A stretch of 64,000 nt of DNA from Candidatus Kaiserbacteria bacterium. GTDB taxonomy: Bacteria; Patescibacteriota; Minisyncoccia; Phycocordibacterales; UBA2100. The notes beneath the pieces are model-generated. The model saw only the letters and a list, made by a program, of their open reading frames with translations. It was not told the origin of the DNA and made no database searches. Each line of letters opens with the position of its first letter. Positions within the stretch are counted from its first letter, which is position 1. The DNA is taken from contig CP066682.1 of assembly GCA_016432285.1 (NCBI GenBank), positions 730,274-794,273 of the forward strand, written 5' to 3'. This document shows, piece by piece, positions 28,456 to 38,889 of the stretch. A program made the translations under genes and the position numbers.

Positions 28456-28863
28456 TTATACGCGCGTTGTCTCGTCCTGACTATCGCCGCTACTGCCATT
28501 CTTGTGCTCGATCACTTTCTGCAAAAACTCCGAGCGCGGAGCCCGGCGCGTGAAGCGACCCTTGTGAGAGACGAGGTCGGCGAGCCGGTGCGCCTGGCGC
28601 TCGAATCCGCGCGCCACCGATGCCGCACCGAGTGCCGTTTTGTGTACGAGAATCCGGGCAAGGTGTAGCGTCTCCGGCGGCAATTTTTCAAGATCTTTCT
28701 GCAGCGCAAAGAGGAGGTCCTTCAATCGGAGCGCCTCCGCGTCGAGCTTGCCGCGAAGCGCGGGCGCGAGGGTGCGGCTCTTGCTCTCTTCCCAGCGCTT
28801 CAGCCCAAAGAGCGAGAGAATGCCAAAAAGCGAGAGGAGGAAAACGATGATCGCAAACGTCAT
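28456..28863 (-). CDS. Hypothetical membrane-anchored protein
   Basis: N-terminal TM; starts 4 nt after tsf. Confidence 0.65.
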   Translation of the reverse strand: MTFAIIVFLLSLFGILSLFGLKRWEESKSRTLAPALRGKLDAEALRLKDLLFALQKDLEKLPPETLHLARILVHKTALGAASVARGFERQAHRLADLVSHKGRFTRRAPRSEFLQKVIEHKNGSSGDSQDETTRV

Positions 28864-28867
28864 AGAT

Positions 28868-29449
28868 TTAGCGCACCGAGAGTCGCTCGAATCGCACGAC
28901 TTCAATCTTTTCGCCGAATTTCTGGACGGCGGATTCGATGAGCTGCCGCACCGTGAGGCTCGGGTCCTTCACAAAAGGCTGGTCGAGAAGCACGCGCTCG
29001 CGGAGATAGCTCTCCATCTTGCCGTCGATCGCCTTCCTGCGCGCTACCTCGGGGATGTTGGCCGCCTCTTTTTCAAAAACCTCGCGTGCGGCGCGCACGT
29101 CTTCGTCCTTCACATCTTCTTTGCTGCGAAACTGCGGGTTCATGGCCGCCACGTGCATCGCGATGTCGTACGCCAGTTTGCCAAACTCCTCGTTGCGGGA
29201 GACGAAGTCGGTCTCGCTTGCGAGCACGACCGCTCCCACCACCGAGCCGCCCGCGTGCGTGTAGGCTGCGGCCACTCCGGCGCCGAGCTCACGATCGCTC
29301 TTTTTCGTGGCCACCGATGCACTGATCTTGCGGAGGATCACCTTCGCCTTTTCGATATCTCCCCCCGCCTCTTCAAGCGCCTTTTTGCACTGCATCACTG
29401 AAACGCCGGTTTCGTCTCGGAGCGCTTTGATTTCTTCGGTGGTAGCCAT
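28868..29449 (-). CDS. tsf: Elongation factor Ts (short form)
   Basis: LRDETGVSVMQCKKAL, ETDFV, IAMHVAA. Confidence 0.96.
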   Translation of the reverse strand: MATTEEIKALRDETGVSVMQCKKALEEAGGDIEKAKVILRKISASVATKKSDRELGAGVAAAYTHAGGSVVGAVVLASETDFVSRNEEFGKLAYDIAMHVAAMNPQFRSKEDVKDEDVRAAREVFEKEAANIPEVARRKAIDGKMESYLRERVLLDQPFVKDPSLTVRQLIESAVQKFGEKIEVVRFERLSVR

Positions 29450-29491
29450 AACAAAAAAATGTAGCCGAAGCTACAGTCTACACGAAAACGA

Positions 29492-30187
29492 TTAATTCTT
29501 CGAGGGAGCGACTTTCTTTCCGGCTTGCACCGCTTCGCACATCCGTTCGCACACGAGACTCACGCTCCTGACCGACGTGTCATTGGCGGGGATCGGCCGC
29601 TGCACGAGCGAAAAATCGCAGTCCGAGCTCGAGAGCCCGATCACCGGAATACCGAGCTGATTCGCCTCCTGGACCGCCGTGTCCTCGTGACGCGTATCGA
29701 CGATAAAGAGCGCGCCCGGAAGCTCCGTCATGGAGACGAGCCCGCCAAAGCGCGCCAAGAGCTCCTCGATCTCGCGATCGATAAGCAAGCGCTCGCGCTT
29801 CGTGTACTTTTCGAGCTCCCCCTTTTCGCGCTCGTCCTGGAGTTTCTGAAGGCGGTCGATGCGCTTGCGGATATTTTTGAAATTGGTGAGCGTACCTCCG
29901 ATCCAGCGGCCCGCGACGTACGGCATTCCGGCCTTTTCGGCTGCCGCCTTCACGAAATCGGCCACCTCTGGCTTGCCGCCGACGAAGAGCACTTGCCGCG
30001 TCGCCGCCACTCCCTTTGCAAACTCAAGCGCTTCAGCGAAGCGCGCGTGGGTAGCCTCGAGATCGAAGATATCGGATCGGTCCTTCGTGGTGAAGATAAA
30101 AGGGGTCGCGCTCGGATGTCGCCTCGCGCGTGGCAGCGCAAAGTGCGCACCCGCGTCGAAAAGGCTCTGAATATCCGATACTTTCAT
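29492..30187 (-). CDS. rpsB: 30S ribosomal protein S2
   Basis: RWIGGTLTNF, IPANDTS. Confidence 0.96.
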   Translation of the reverse strand: MKVSDIQSLFDAGAHFALPRARRHPSATPFIFTTKDRSDIFDLEATHARFAEALEFAKGVAATRQVLFVGGKPEVADFVKAAAEKAGMPYVAGRWIGGTLTNFKNIRKRIDRLQKLQDEREKGELEKYTKRERLLIDREIEELLARFGGLVSMTELPGALFIVDTRHEDTAVQEANQLGIPVIGLSSSDCDFSLVQRPIPANDTSVRSVSLVCERMCEAVQAGKKVAPSKN

Positions 30188-30214
30188 AGTCCCGAGATAC
30201 TAGCAAAGCCGTCC

Positions 30215-31189
<975 letters not shown>

Positions 31190-31202
31190 GCAGCAAGTAT
31201 AC

Positions 31203-31231
31203 GCCGCGCCCCGCATGATGCGGGGCGCGGC
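31203..31231. terminator. Near-perfect 14-bp inverted repeat between rpmE and prfA
   Basis: GCCGCGCCCCGCAT-G-ATGCGGGGCGCGGC. Confidence 0.55.
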
Positions 31232-31241
31232 ACGAGGGTCG

Positions 31242-31514
31242 TTATTTCTTTTTGGCAGCCTTTGGCTTTGCGGCGGCGGCGCGCTTTTTGAACTTGTCGA
31301 CGCGTCCGGCGGTGTCGATGGTCTTCGCTTGTCCTGTGTAGAAGGGGTGCGAGGCGCTCGAGATTTCCACCTGGTAGAGCGGATACTCTTTGCCGTCATC
31401 CCACTTGTCGGTCTTCGAGGTCTCCACGGTCGAACCAATCAAAAAACGCTTCCCCGAGGTGGAATCCTCGAAGATGACCGCTCTATAGTCTTTGGGGTGA
31501 AGATCCTTTTTCAT
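31242..31514 (-). CDS. rpmE: 50S ribosomal protein L31 (type B, Zn-free)
   Basis: MKKDLHP...[12 protein letters not shown]...GRVDKF. Confidence 0.94.
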   Translation of the reverse strand: MKKDLHPKDYRAVIFEDSTSGKRFLIGSTVETSKTDKWDDGKEYPLYQVEISSASHPFYTGQAKTIDTAGRVDKFKKRAAAAKPKAAKKK

Positions 31515-31548
31515 TGTCGGCACACTATAGAGGAATCGGGCTGAAATA

Positions 31549-32889
31549 TCAACGTCCCTCAAGAATGTCGATCTCGGCCTGGATTTCATCGACATGCTCC
31601 ATGACCGAGTCGCCGTACCGGGCGTTGGCGGCTTTGTTCCAGTTGGCGCCGGCGAAATACTTCAGAGCCGCACGGCGCTCAGCCGTACGCGTCCCCTCAT
31701 CGGCGCCGTTGTCCTTCATGAGGAAGGCGGTCGCGAAGACTGCGGTGCGCGCATTCCACGGATTCGGGAATGTCTCTCCGCTTGCCGCGGCAAGGCGCGT
31801 CTTGTAGAGCATCCAGGTCGAAGGAATGAACTGCGCCGGGCCCATGGCTCCCCCGTACCCGGAGCCTTGCGGGCACGACACCGGCGTGTTGGACCAGTCG
31901 CGGCCGAGTGCTTCGGTGATCGTCTGGAAGGGGGTCGTGTCGCGCGGCGCCTTCATCACGTTGGAAATGGCGCGACCAGTGTTCTTGCCGACGCCGCCGC
32001 CAGTGAGGAGATTCGTTACGTAGCACGAACCCACGTTGACTCCGAGATCGGATTCCTGCGTCAGAATCGCGAGCACGAGCGCGGGCCGGACGCCCGTGGA
32101 AGCGCTCGCTGCTTTGGCGTATTCGTACGCCGTGCCGAAGGGAATCGCCTCCGAGTCGCGCAGTCCAAAGAGCGCTGCGCGGATCGCATCGGCCTGGCGC
32201 TGCTTCTGCGCAATGATCTGCTCGTACGATTTTTCAACGCCCTTGGTGGCAGTCAAAATCCCCTGCTTTTCCTTTTCGTCGCGCTCCACGGCCTGCTTCG
32301 CGAGTACCTGCGCCGTGCGGACTTTCTGCGCCTCATCTTCTTCCTCTTCGAGCGCCTGTTTGCGGCCCGAGAGATCCTCCCGGAGCGCCGAAATCTGCGC
32401 AAAAGAAACGTCGAGCGATCGCTGGATTGCCTCGAAGTTGTCGATATCCTGAAAGAGATCCGAGAGCGATCCGCCGAGCGCGAGCTCGACGATCGTGAGG
32501 TCGTCGATCTCGCGGGTGCGCCGCAAAATCTGCGCGAGCGATTCCTCGCTGCGAAGCGCCTTCGCGTCGAGCTCGCGGATCGCGGATTGCTTTTCTGAAA
32601 TGCCGCCCTGGAGCTGCTTGAGGGCGAGGTCGGTCTGCTTGATCTGGAGCTGGGCGGTCTTAATCTTATTGTCGAGAATCGAGATGTCGCGCTCAAGCGA
32701 CGTGCGCTTTTTCTGAAGCTCGCTCAAGGTGCCTTTGTTGTTGGCGATATCGCGCTCGATCTGGTCGAGCTCCGCCTGGAGGCGCGCCCGCTCGGCCGCA
32801 TCCTGCACCTGCGCCCCAAGAGAAAGCGGCAGGGCCGAAAGGAATAGCAAAAGGATGGCACACAAAAAAAATCTCCGCGCGAGCACCAT
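31549..32889 (-). CDS. Coiled-coil lytic transglycosylase-like protein
   Basis: Signal peptide, long coiled coil, AILTQES and [13 protein letters not shown] motifs. Confidence 0.85.
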   Translation of the reverse strand: MVLARRFFLCAILLLFLSALPLSLGAQVQDAAERARLQAELDQIERDIANNKGTLSELQKKRTSLERDISILDNKIKTAQLQIKQTDLALKQLQGGISEKQSAIRELDAKALRSEESLAQILRRTREIDDLTIVELALGGSLSDLFQDIDNFEAIQRSLDVSFAQISALREDLSGRKQALEEEEDEAQKVRTAQVLAKQAVERDEKEKQGILTATKGVEKSYEQIIAQKQRQADAIRAALFGLRDSEAIPFGTAYEYAKAASASTGVRPALVLAILTQESDLGVNVGSCYVTNLLTGGGVGKNTGRAISNVMKAPRDTTPFQTITEALGRDWSNTPVSCPQGSGYGGAMGPAQFIPSTWMLYKTRLAAASGETFPNPWNARTAVFATAFLMKDNGADEGTRTAERRAALKYFAGANWNKAANARYGDSVMEHVDEIQAEIDILEGR

Positions 32890-32945
32890 ACTACTTATAG
32901 ACAGCAGTATAGCAGTTTTCTTTCTTCACTCTCAAAAAATCCGCG

Positions 32946-33593
32946 CTACTCCTTCTTCTCCTCCGCTGGGGCTTCGCCTCCCTCGGCTTCCTTCTTCTCC
33001 TCTTCGCCGATGATGACCGTTTCGGGTGCGGGTGCGACCTCGATCGGCACTTCCTTAAACTCCTTCACCGATGCGACGATTTCTTCTCCGTGCGTGATGA
33101 GCGATGCGCTTCCCGGAAGCTTGATCTGCGACGCCGCGATGTGATCTCCCACGTTTGCGAGCGAGGAAAGATCGACTTCGAGCGTGTGCGGAAGCTCCTG
33201 CGGCGTGACTTCGATCTCGACTTCGTGGAGCGTCTTCACGACGATGTGGCCCATCTTTTCCGCTGGTGCCTGTCCAACGAACTCGAGCGGAACCTTGATT
33301 TTCACTTTCTTGCCCTTTTCGATGACATAAAAATCCGCGTGCAAAAGTTTGCCGGTAACCGGGTGGAACTGCGCATCGTGAATCAGCGTGTCCTTTTCAG
33401 AGCCCACGCCCTTCAGCACGACGATCGTGGTCTCGCCCGCTTCCTTCCAGACGTGCTGGAGCCGGAGCGCTTCCACGGCGATCGGGGTCGACTCCTCTTT
33501 GGGGCCGTAAAAAATAGCAGGCACGAAGCCTCGCTTTCGCAGCTCCTCGGGCGACTCCGCCGCGTCGCGCGCTTTCACTTCAAGCGTCAACAT
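32946..33593 (-). CDS. rplY: 50S ribosomal protein L25 (CTC form)
   Basis: VPAIFYG, QFHPVTG..HADF; ATG at 33593. Confidence 0.94.
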   Translation of the reverse strand: MLTLEVKARDAAESPEELRKRGFVPAIFYGPKEESTPIAVEALRLQHVWKEAGETTIVVLKGVGSEKDTLIHDAQFHPVTGKLLHADFYVIEKGKKVKIKVPLEFVGQAPAEKMGHIVVKTLHEVEIEVTPQELPHTLEVDLSSLANVGDHIAASQIKLPGSASLITHGEEIVASVKEFKEVPIEVAPAPETVIIGEEEKKEAEGGEAPAEEKKE

Positions 33594-33654
33594 AGTTTCA
33601 GGATTATACGGATTCTGCCCCCAAATGCAATGACGCCGTGCTACACTTTTCCCT

Positions 33655-34647
33655 ATGTCATTCGACGTGCTGGCGATCGGAGATACGACCATCGACGCCT
33701 TTATCAAGCTCACTGACGCCGTCGCCACCTGCGACGAACACGGCGAGCACTGTAAGCTGTGCCTGCGATATGCGGACAAGGTGCCGTACGAATCCGTCGA
33801 GGTGCTCGCGGGCGTCGGCAATTCCGCCAACGCCGCGGTCGCCTGCGCGCGCCTCGGCCTCTCAAGCGCACTCCGGGCTTACGTGGGCGACGATCGTGAA
33901 GGCACCGAGTGCATCGAGTACTTCAAGAGCCAGCATGTCGACACTTCTCTTGTTGAACGAGCGCCGGGCGTGAAGACAAATTACCACTACGTGCTCTGGT
34001 ACAAAGCCGACCGCACCATCCTCATCAAGCACGAGCGCTACGCGTACGCGATGCCGGCGACAACCCCGGAGCCGAAGTGGGTCTATCTCTCCTCGATGGC
34101 CGACAACTCGCTCGAGTACCACAAAGAGATCGCCACGTATCTTATGGCGCATCCTGGTGTGAAGGTCGCCTTTCAACCGGGCACCTTCCAGATGAAGCTC
34201 GGCGTCGACGTGCTGAAAGACATCTACGCACGCTCAGAAATTCTGTTCTGCAACAAAGAGGAGTCGCAGCGCATATTGAAAACGCAGGAGGACGACGTGA
34301 AGAAGCTCCTCGAGGGAATCCGAGCGCTCGGGCCCAAGCTCGCCGTCATCACCGACGGCCCCAGCGGGCTCTCCGCTTCAGACGGCAACGAGCAATTCCA
34401 TCTCCCCATGTATCCTGATCCGAAGCCACCGGTGGAGCGCACCGGCGCGGGAGACGCCACATCTTCAACGACAGTCGCCTATCTCGAGAAGGGTCTCTCG
34501 CTCCAGGAGGCCCTGAAGCGCGGGCTCATCAATTCCGCAAGCGTGGTGCAGCACGTGGGCGCTCAAAAGGGCCTGCTCTCGGCAGAAGAGATCGAGGAAT
34601 GGTACGTGCGGCGTCCCGCACATTTCGTAGCCGCACCTCTCTCATAA
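33655..34647 (+). CDS. PfkB-family carbohydrate kinase
   Basis: GNSANAAV, NKEE, ERTGAGDA. Confidence 0.88.
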   Translation: MSFDVLAIGDTTIDAFIKLTDAVATCDEHGEHCKLCLRYADKVPYESVEVLAGVGNSANAAVACARLGLSSALRAYVGDDREGTECIEYFKSQHVDTSLVERAPGVKTNYHYVLWYKADRTILIKHERYAYAMPATTPEPKWVYLSSMADNSLEYHKEIATYLMAHPGVKVAFQPGTFQMKLGVDVLKDIYARSEILFCNKEESQRILKTQEDDVKKLLEGIRALGPKLAVITDGPSGLSASDGNEQFHLPMYPDPKPPVERTGAGDATSSTTVAYLEKGLSLQEALKRGLINSASVVQHVGAQKGLLSAEEIEEWYVRRPAHFVAAPLS

Positions 34648-34650
34648 CGC

Positions 34651-35366
34651 CGGGATTTCGTAAATCCCGATTCCGCATGGAGTTTTACCACGCACTCAAC
34701 AGGGGCGTTGAAGGCCGCAAACTCTTCCTCGACGACAGAGATCGTTTTCGATTCGTGCACGATCTGTGGGAATTCAACGACTCTGCACCTGCACCCGAAT
34801 TCTCCCGATATCGGGATTTACGAAATCCCGATACCTTGCCCGCACGTGAGCGCATCGTTGATATTCACGGTTGGTGCCTGATGAGCAATCACTACCACCT
34901 CTTACTCTCCGAGTGCCGCGAGGGAGGCCTTTCCTACTTTCTTCGAAAACTCAACGTGGGATACGCCAACTATTTTAACGAAAGATATGAAAGGCAGGGG
35001 TCCTTGTTCCAAGGACGAACGAAGAAAATCCTCATCGCGTCAGACGCACACTTTCTTCACATTCTGCACTACATACACCTCAATCCACTCGACTTCCTTC
35101 GAGCGACCCGTGATTGGCGCGCCGGGCGCATTGTTGGTCGCGGGCGAGCGATTGAGCACCTACAGAAGTATCGTTGGAGCAGCTATCTGGACTATTGCAG
35201 CCGAAAAAATTTCCCCTCCGTCGTTACAACGGAGTTGTTCGTAGATGTCTTCAAGAACTATGAAAAAGTGATTCGTTCCTACCTACAAGATATGGAGTTT
35301 GACGACGTACGTCCCCTGCTGCTTGAGTAGTTTCGGCCGGATTACCGGGATTTACGAAATCCCGGT
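34651..35366. repeat. REP-like palindrome family 2 (CGGGATTT-ACG/CGT-AAATCCCG), three copies
   Basis: 34651-34669 (upstream, inverted loop), 34809-34833 (inside RAYT2), 35344-35366 (inside the tkt 3' end). Confidence 0.9.
34677..35330 (+). CDS. REP-associated tyrosine transposase (RAYT-like) #2
   Basis: YHALNRGVEGR, CLMSNHYH (HUH), GSLFQGR, YIHLNP, YRWSS. Confidence 0.88.
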   Translation: MEFYHALNRGVEGRKLFLDDRDRFRFVHDLWEFNDSAPAPEFSRYRDLRNPDTLPARERIVDIHGWCLMSNHYHLLLSECREGGLSYFLRKLNVGYANYFNERYERQGSLFQGRTKKILIASDAHFLHILHYIHLNPLDFLRATRDWRAGRIVGRGRAIEHLQKYRWSSYLDYCSRKNFPSVVTTELFVDVFKNYEKVIRSYLQDMEFDDVRPLLLE

Positions 35367-36358
35367 GTGGGTGATCGCCGGGCGGCCGCGCGGATCACCG
35401 CCTCTTTGATCGCGGTGTGAGACATGCCGAAGTGCTCGATAAGCTCCTGCGCCTCTCCCGACTGGCCGAAGCGATCCTGCATGCCGATAAACTCGATCGG
35501 CACCGGAGCCTCTCGCGAGAGGAGCTCGGCGATCGCGCCCCCGAAGCCCCCGTGCACCTGGTGCTCCTCCACGGTAACGACCGCACCCGCGCGCGTCGCC
35601 TCGCTAACGATCGTCTCCCGGTCGAGCGGCTTCACCGTGTGCACGTTGACCACGCTCACCTCGGTACCTTCGGCCTCCAGATCGCGCGCCGCAAGGAGCG
35701 CCTGATAGAGAAGAGAGCCTGTCGCGAAAATCGCGACCGATGGATTTTTGGATTGCCAGAAGAGCTGCGCCTTGCCGATCTGAAACGGCGTATCGGGAGT
35801 CGTCATGACAGGACTCTTTTCCCTGCCCCATCGCATGTACACGGGAGTGCCGAGCTTGGCAGCCGCGATCGTCGCCTTCCTGCCCTCCTCCGAATCGCAC
35901 GCGGAAATCACGGTAAAGCGCGGGATCGCGCGCATCATCGCGAGATCTTCGAGCGCCTGATGCGTCGCGCCGTCGGGGCCGACGGAAACGCCCGCGTGCA
36001 TGCCGCAGACGATGACCGGCACGTTGTTGATCCCGATCGTGGTGCGAATCTGCTCCCAGTTGCGGCCCGGATTGAACGCCGCGTAGGAGGTGATGAACGG
36101 AATCTTGCCGTAATTGGCCATGCCCGCCGCAACCGTCGCGAGGTTCTGCTCCGCGACGCCCACCTGCACGAAGCGCTCGGGAAATGCCTTTTCGAAATGG
36201 TGCGCCTGCGTGCTCTCCGCGAGGTCTGCCGTCAGCACGACGACGCGCTCATCGGCTTTTCCCGCTTCGACGACCCCTTTGCCAAACCCTTCGCGCGTCG
36301 AAGCCATCGCGGGCTTCTCGAAGATATTCTCGGCGAGTTTTGCGTCGGGATTGATCAT
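35342..36358 (-). CDS. Transketolase, C-terminal subunit
   Basis: GVAEQN, DGATHQ, TVEEHQ; ATG at 36358. Confidence 0.93.
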   Translation of the reverse strand: MINPDAKLAENIFEKPAMASTREGFGKGVVEAGKADERVVVLTADLAESTQAHHFEKAFPERFVQVGVAEQNLATVAAGMANYGKIPFITSYAAFNPGRNWEQIRTTIGINNVPVIVCGMHAGVSVGPDGATHQALEDLAMMRAIPRFTVISACDSEEGRKATIAAAKLGTPVYMRWGREKSPVMTTPDTPFQIGKAQLFWQSKNPSVAIFATGSLLYQALLAARDLEAEGTEVSVVNVHTVKPLDRETIVSEATRAGAVVTVEEHQVHGGFGGAIAELLSREAPVPIEFIGMQDRFGQSGEAQELIEHFGMSHTAIKEAVIRAAARRSPTPGFRKSR

Positions 36359-37224
36359 ACGTTGTTTCCTTTTTCGAGCTCTTGTAAAAACATGGCTTTC
36401 TGCTGATCGGCGGGAAACTTGTCTGAGGGGCCCTTGCCGGGCGGCGCGCCATGCCAGCGGTAGTCGTTCTCGATAGAGGGCACGCCCTTGCCCGGAGTCG
36501 TATGGGCGAGGATCAGCGTCGGTTTTTCCTTGATCGATCTCGCCTCGTCGCATGCGGCAACAAACTGCCCCACGTTGTGGCCGTCTATGGGGATCACGTG
36601 CCAGCCGAACGCGCGGTACTTTTCATCAAGCGGCTCGAGCGGCATCACGTCTTCGGTATTGCCGTCGATCTGGATGTTGTTGCGATCCATCACCTGCACC
36701 AGATTGGTCAGCCGGTATTTGGCGGCAAACATCGCCCCTTCCCACGTGTTGCCTTCCTCTTGCTCGCCGTCGGAGGTGAGACAAAAGACGCGAAATGGTT
36801 TGCCGTCCATTCGCGCGGCAAGCGCGTAGCCCGCCGCCTGCGAGAGCCCCGAGCCAAGCGGCCCGGAAGTAGTCTCGAGCCCCGGCAACGATTCGCGCTC
36901 GGGGTGCCCCTGCAAGCGGGAGCCGAATGTGCGCAAGGTGAGGCACTCCTCCACCGGAAAGTATCCGGCGTGCGCCATGGCGGCGTACCGCACGGGCGTG
37001 ATGTGGCCGTTGGAGAGGATGAGGCGGTCGCGCTCTGCCCATGCAGGATTTTTCGGGTCGTGCTTCAGCACATGAAAATAGAGCGCCGCGAAAATATCCG
37101 CCATGCCTAAGGGGCCAGCGGTGTGCCCCGACTTAGCCGCGGCGAGCATCTCGATGATCGTCTTTCGTATCTCGAGGGCTTTTCCTTCGATCGCTTTTAT
37201 TTCGGCGTCGGTGATGGCGTTCAT
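36355..37224 (-). CDS. Transketolase, N-terminal (TPP-binding) subunit
   Basis: DRLILSNGH, LQGHP, SDGEQEEG; ATG at 37224. Confidence 0.93.
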   Translation of the reverse strand: MNAITDAEIKAIEGKALEIRKTIIEMLAAAKSGHTAGPLGMADIFAALYFHVLKHDPKNPAWAERDRLILSNGHITPVRYAAMAHAGYFPVEECLTLRTFGSRLQGHPERESLPGLETTSGPLGSGLSQAAGYALAARMDGKPFRVFCLTSDGEQEEGNTWEGAMFAAKYRLTNLVQVMDRNNIQIDGNTEDVMPLEPLDEKYRAFGWHVIPIDGHNVGQFVAACDEARSIKEKPTLILAHTTPGKGVPSIENDYRWHGAPPGKGPSDKFPADQQKAMFLQELEKGNNV

Positions 37225-37652
37225 ACGGCGACGTTGATGAGATTGAGGCCCGTTTCCTCGTCGAAGCCGCGCACGAGGGGCTGCGTAACCTCCCACATGC
37301 ACACCTCGAGCGTGAGCGCGACGACCGCTTTCCTTACATGCCCGCCGATCGTCTCGAGCGTTTCGTCGCAACGGGAGAGCACGGCGTGCACATGTGGCGA
37401 AGGCAGCTCGTTGAGCTCGGTGATGTTGCCGTCCATGCTGGAAACTTCAAACGGGCCCGCCTCCTGCCGGAATACGTACTGCCTCGTCGGAAGGTCGTAG
37501 TATCCGATCTCCACGTCTTCGACGGCGCCGATGGCCTGAAATTGCGCCCAGTGGATCTGATGCTCCTCGCAGTAGCGGCGGAGCGTCGCGATCAGCTCCT
37601 CGCCCCGCTCGAGTACGAGAAAGGTACCGTTGTGAATCTGCACGGCCTGCAT
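37221..37652 (-). CDS. PPC/DUF296-domain protein
   Basis: LERGEEL, AIGAV, HVHAVL, GGHV, TLEV. Confidence 0.85.
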   Translation of the reverse strand: MQAVQIHNGTFLVLERGEELIATLRRYCEEHQIHWAQFQAIGAVEDVEIGYYDLPTRQYVFRQEAGPFEVSSMDGNITELNELPSPHVHAVLSRCDETLETIGGHVRKAVVALTLEVCMWEVTQPLVRGFDEETGLNLINVAV

Positions 37653-37662
37653 ACACGGAGTA

Positions 37663-37761
37663 TACCCCGTGAGATAATGAAAATCACCGGGCAGTTTCCC
37701 ACAGAAAGTCTATGCGCCTCATGGATATGCGTGCGCGTTCGCGTATCTATCTCACGGGGTA
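37663..37761. repeat. 99-bp segment bounded by perfect 14-bp inverted repeats (MITE/REPIN-like)
   Basis: TACCCCGTGAGATA (37663-37676) ... TATCTCACGGGGTA (37748-37761). Confidence 0.65.
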
Positions 37762-37770
37762 GAGCCCGAT

Positions 37771-38889
37771 TTAGCGGGCGGCGAGAGATTGGAGCGCCTC
37801 GCGGACGGTCCTTTCCTCCACCGCATGCGCATACTCGCCGTCAGAGGTATCCACTGCTCCGCGGGATTGGAGGAGGACGAACTGCGGCACGCCAGCCCTC
37901 GTTTTTTTGTCAGCCTTCATCGCCTCCAGTATTTTTTCTGTGGAGAATTGCGGTACGTCTCTTTGGAGAATGCCCAAGCGGGAAAGAATATCGACGATGG
38001 CTGCCCTCTCCGTTGCGGACAAGATGCCGAGCAGCTCGGCAATTTTCATTTCCACGAGCATGCCATACCCCACCGCAAAGCCATGCGGCAACGAGTACTC
38101 GGAGAGGAGCTCGAACGCATGCCCCACCGTGTGCCCGAAATTCAAAATCTGCCGCTCGTTGCCCTCGCGCTCGTCACGGGAGACGACTTCCGCCTTGAAA
38201 GCGATCGAGCGTGCGACGAGATCCAATAGGAGGTCGGGCCTCCCGAGCGGATTATTGAGATCAAGCTCTTCGGCAAGCGTGAGCGCCTCCACGTCGGAAG
38301 TGATGAACGACTTCACAGCCTCCAAAAGGCCGCTCTGAAACTCCCGCTCTGGGAGCGAGCGCAAAAAATCGAGATCCGCGATCACGGCTTTCGGCTGCGC
38401 GAAGGCTCCGACCGTGTTTTTGCCGTACGGCGTGTCGACGCCGACCTTGCCGCCGATGGAGCTGTCGACCATAGCAAGGAGCGTGGTCGGCACATGCACG
38501 TACGGCACGCCGCGCATGTACGTGGCAGCTACGTAGCCTCCGAGATCTCCCGCGACGCCACCGCCAAGCGCGATCACGAGTGTGTCGCGGCCAAATCCCT
38601 TTTTGAGAAGCTCGTGCTGCACCCGCGTGGCCGTCTCCTGCGTTTTGTTTTTTTCTCCGTGCGGAAAGGTGAAGAGCTCGGCCTCGAAGGAAATCGTCTG
38701 GAGCGTGGCCAGAAAGCCCGGGGCGATCGCGCTCCCGACGCGGTCGTCGGTGATGATCGCGATGCGCCGCTTCCGGGCCTCTTTTTCGAGCACAGCCTTC
38801 AGTTCTTTACTGAGACCGAAACCCACGAAAACGCTATACGCGCCGCCCTGCGTCGTTACCGGAATCTCGCGCACTCCCTCGCTACGCAT
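37771..38889 (-). CDS. aroB: 3-dehydroquinate synthase
   Basis: ALGGGVAGDL, VPTTLLAMVDSSIGGK, LNFGHTVGHA. Confidence 0.94.
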   Translation of the reverse strand: MRSEGVREIPVTTQGGAYSVFVGFGLSKELKAVLEKEARKRRIAIITDDRVGSAIAPGFLATLQTISFEAELFTFPHGEKNKTQETATRVQHELLKKGFGRDTLVIALGGGVAGDLGGYVAATYMRGVPYVHVPTTLLAMVDSSIGGKVGVDTPYGKNTVGAFAQPKAVIADLDFLRSLPEREFQSGLLEAVKSFITSDVEALTLAEELDLNNPLGRPDLLLDLVARSIAFKAEVVSRDEREGNERQILNFGHTVGHAFELLSEYSLPHGFAVGYGMLVEMKIAELLGILSATERAAIVDILSRLGILQRDVPQFSTEKILEAMKADKKTRAGVPQFVLLQSRGAVDTSDGEYAHAVEERTVREALQSLAAR

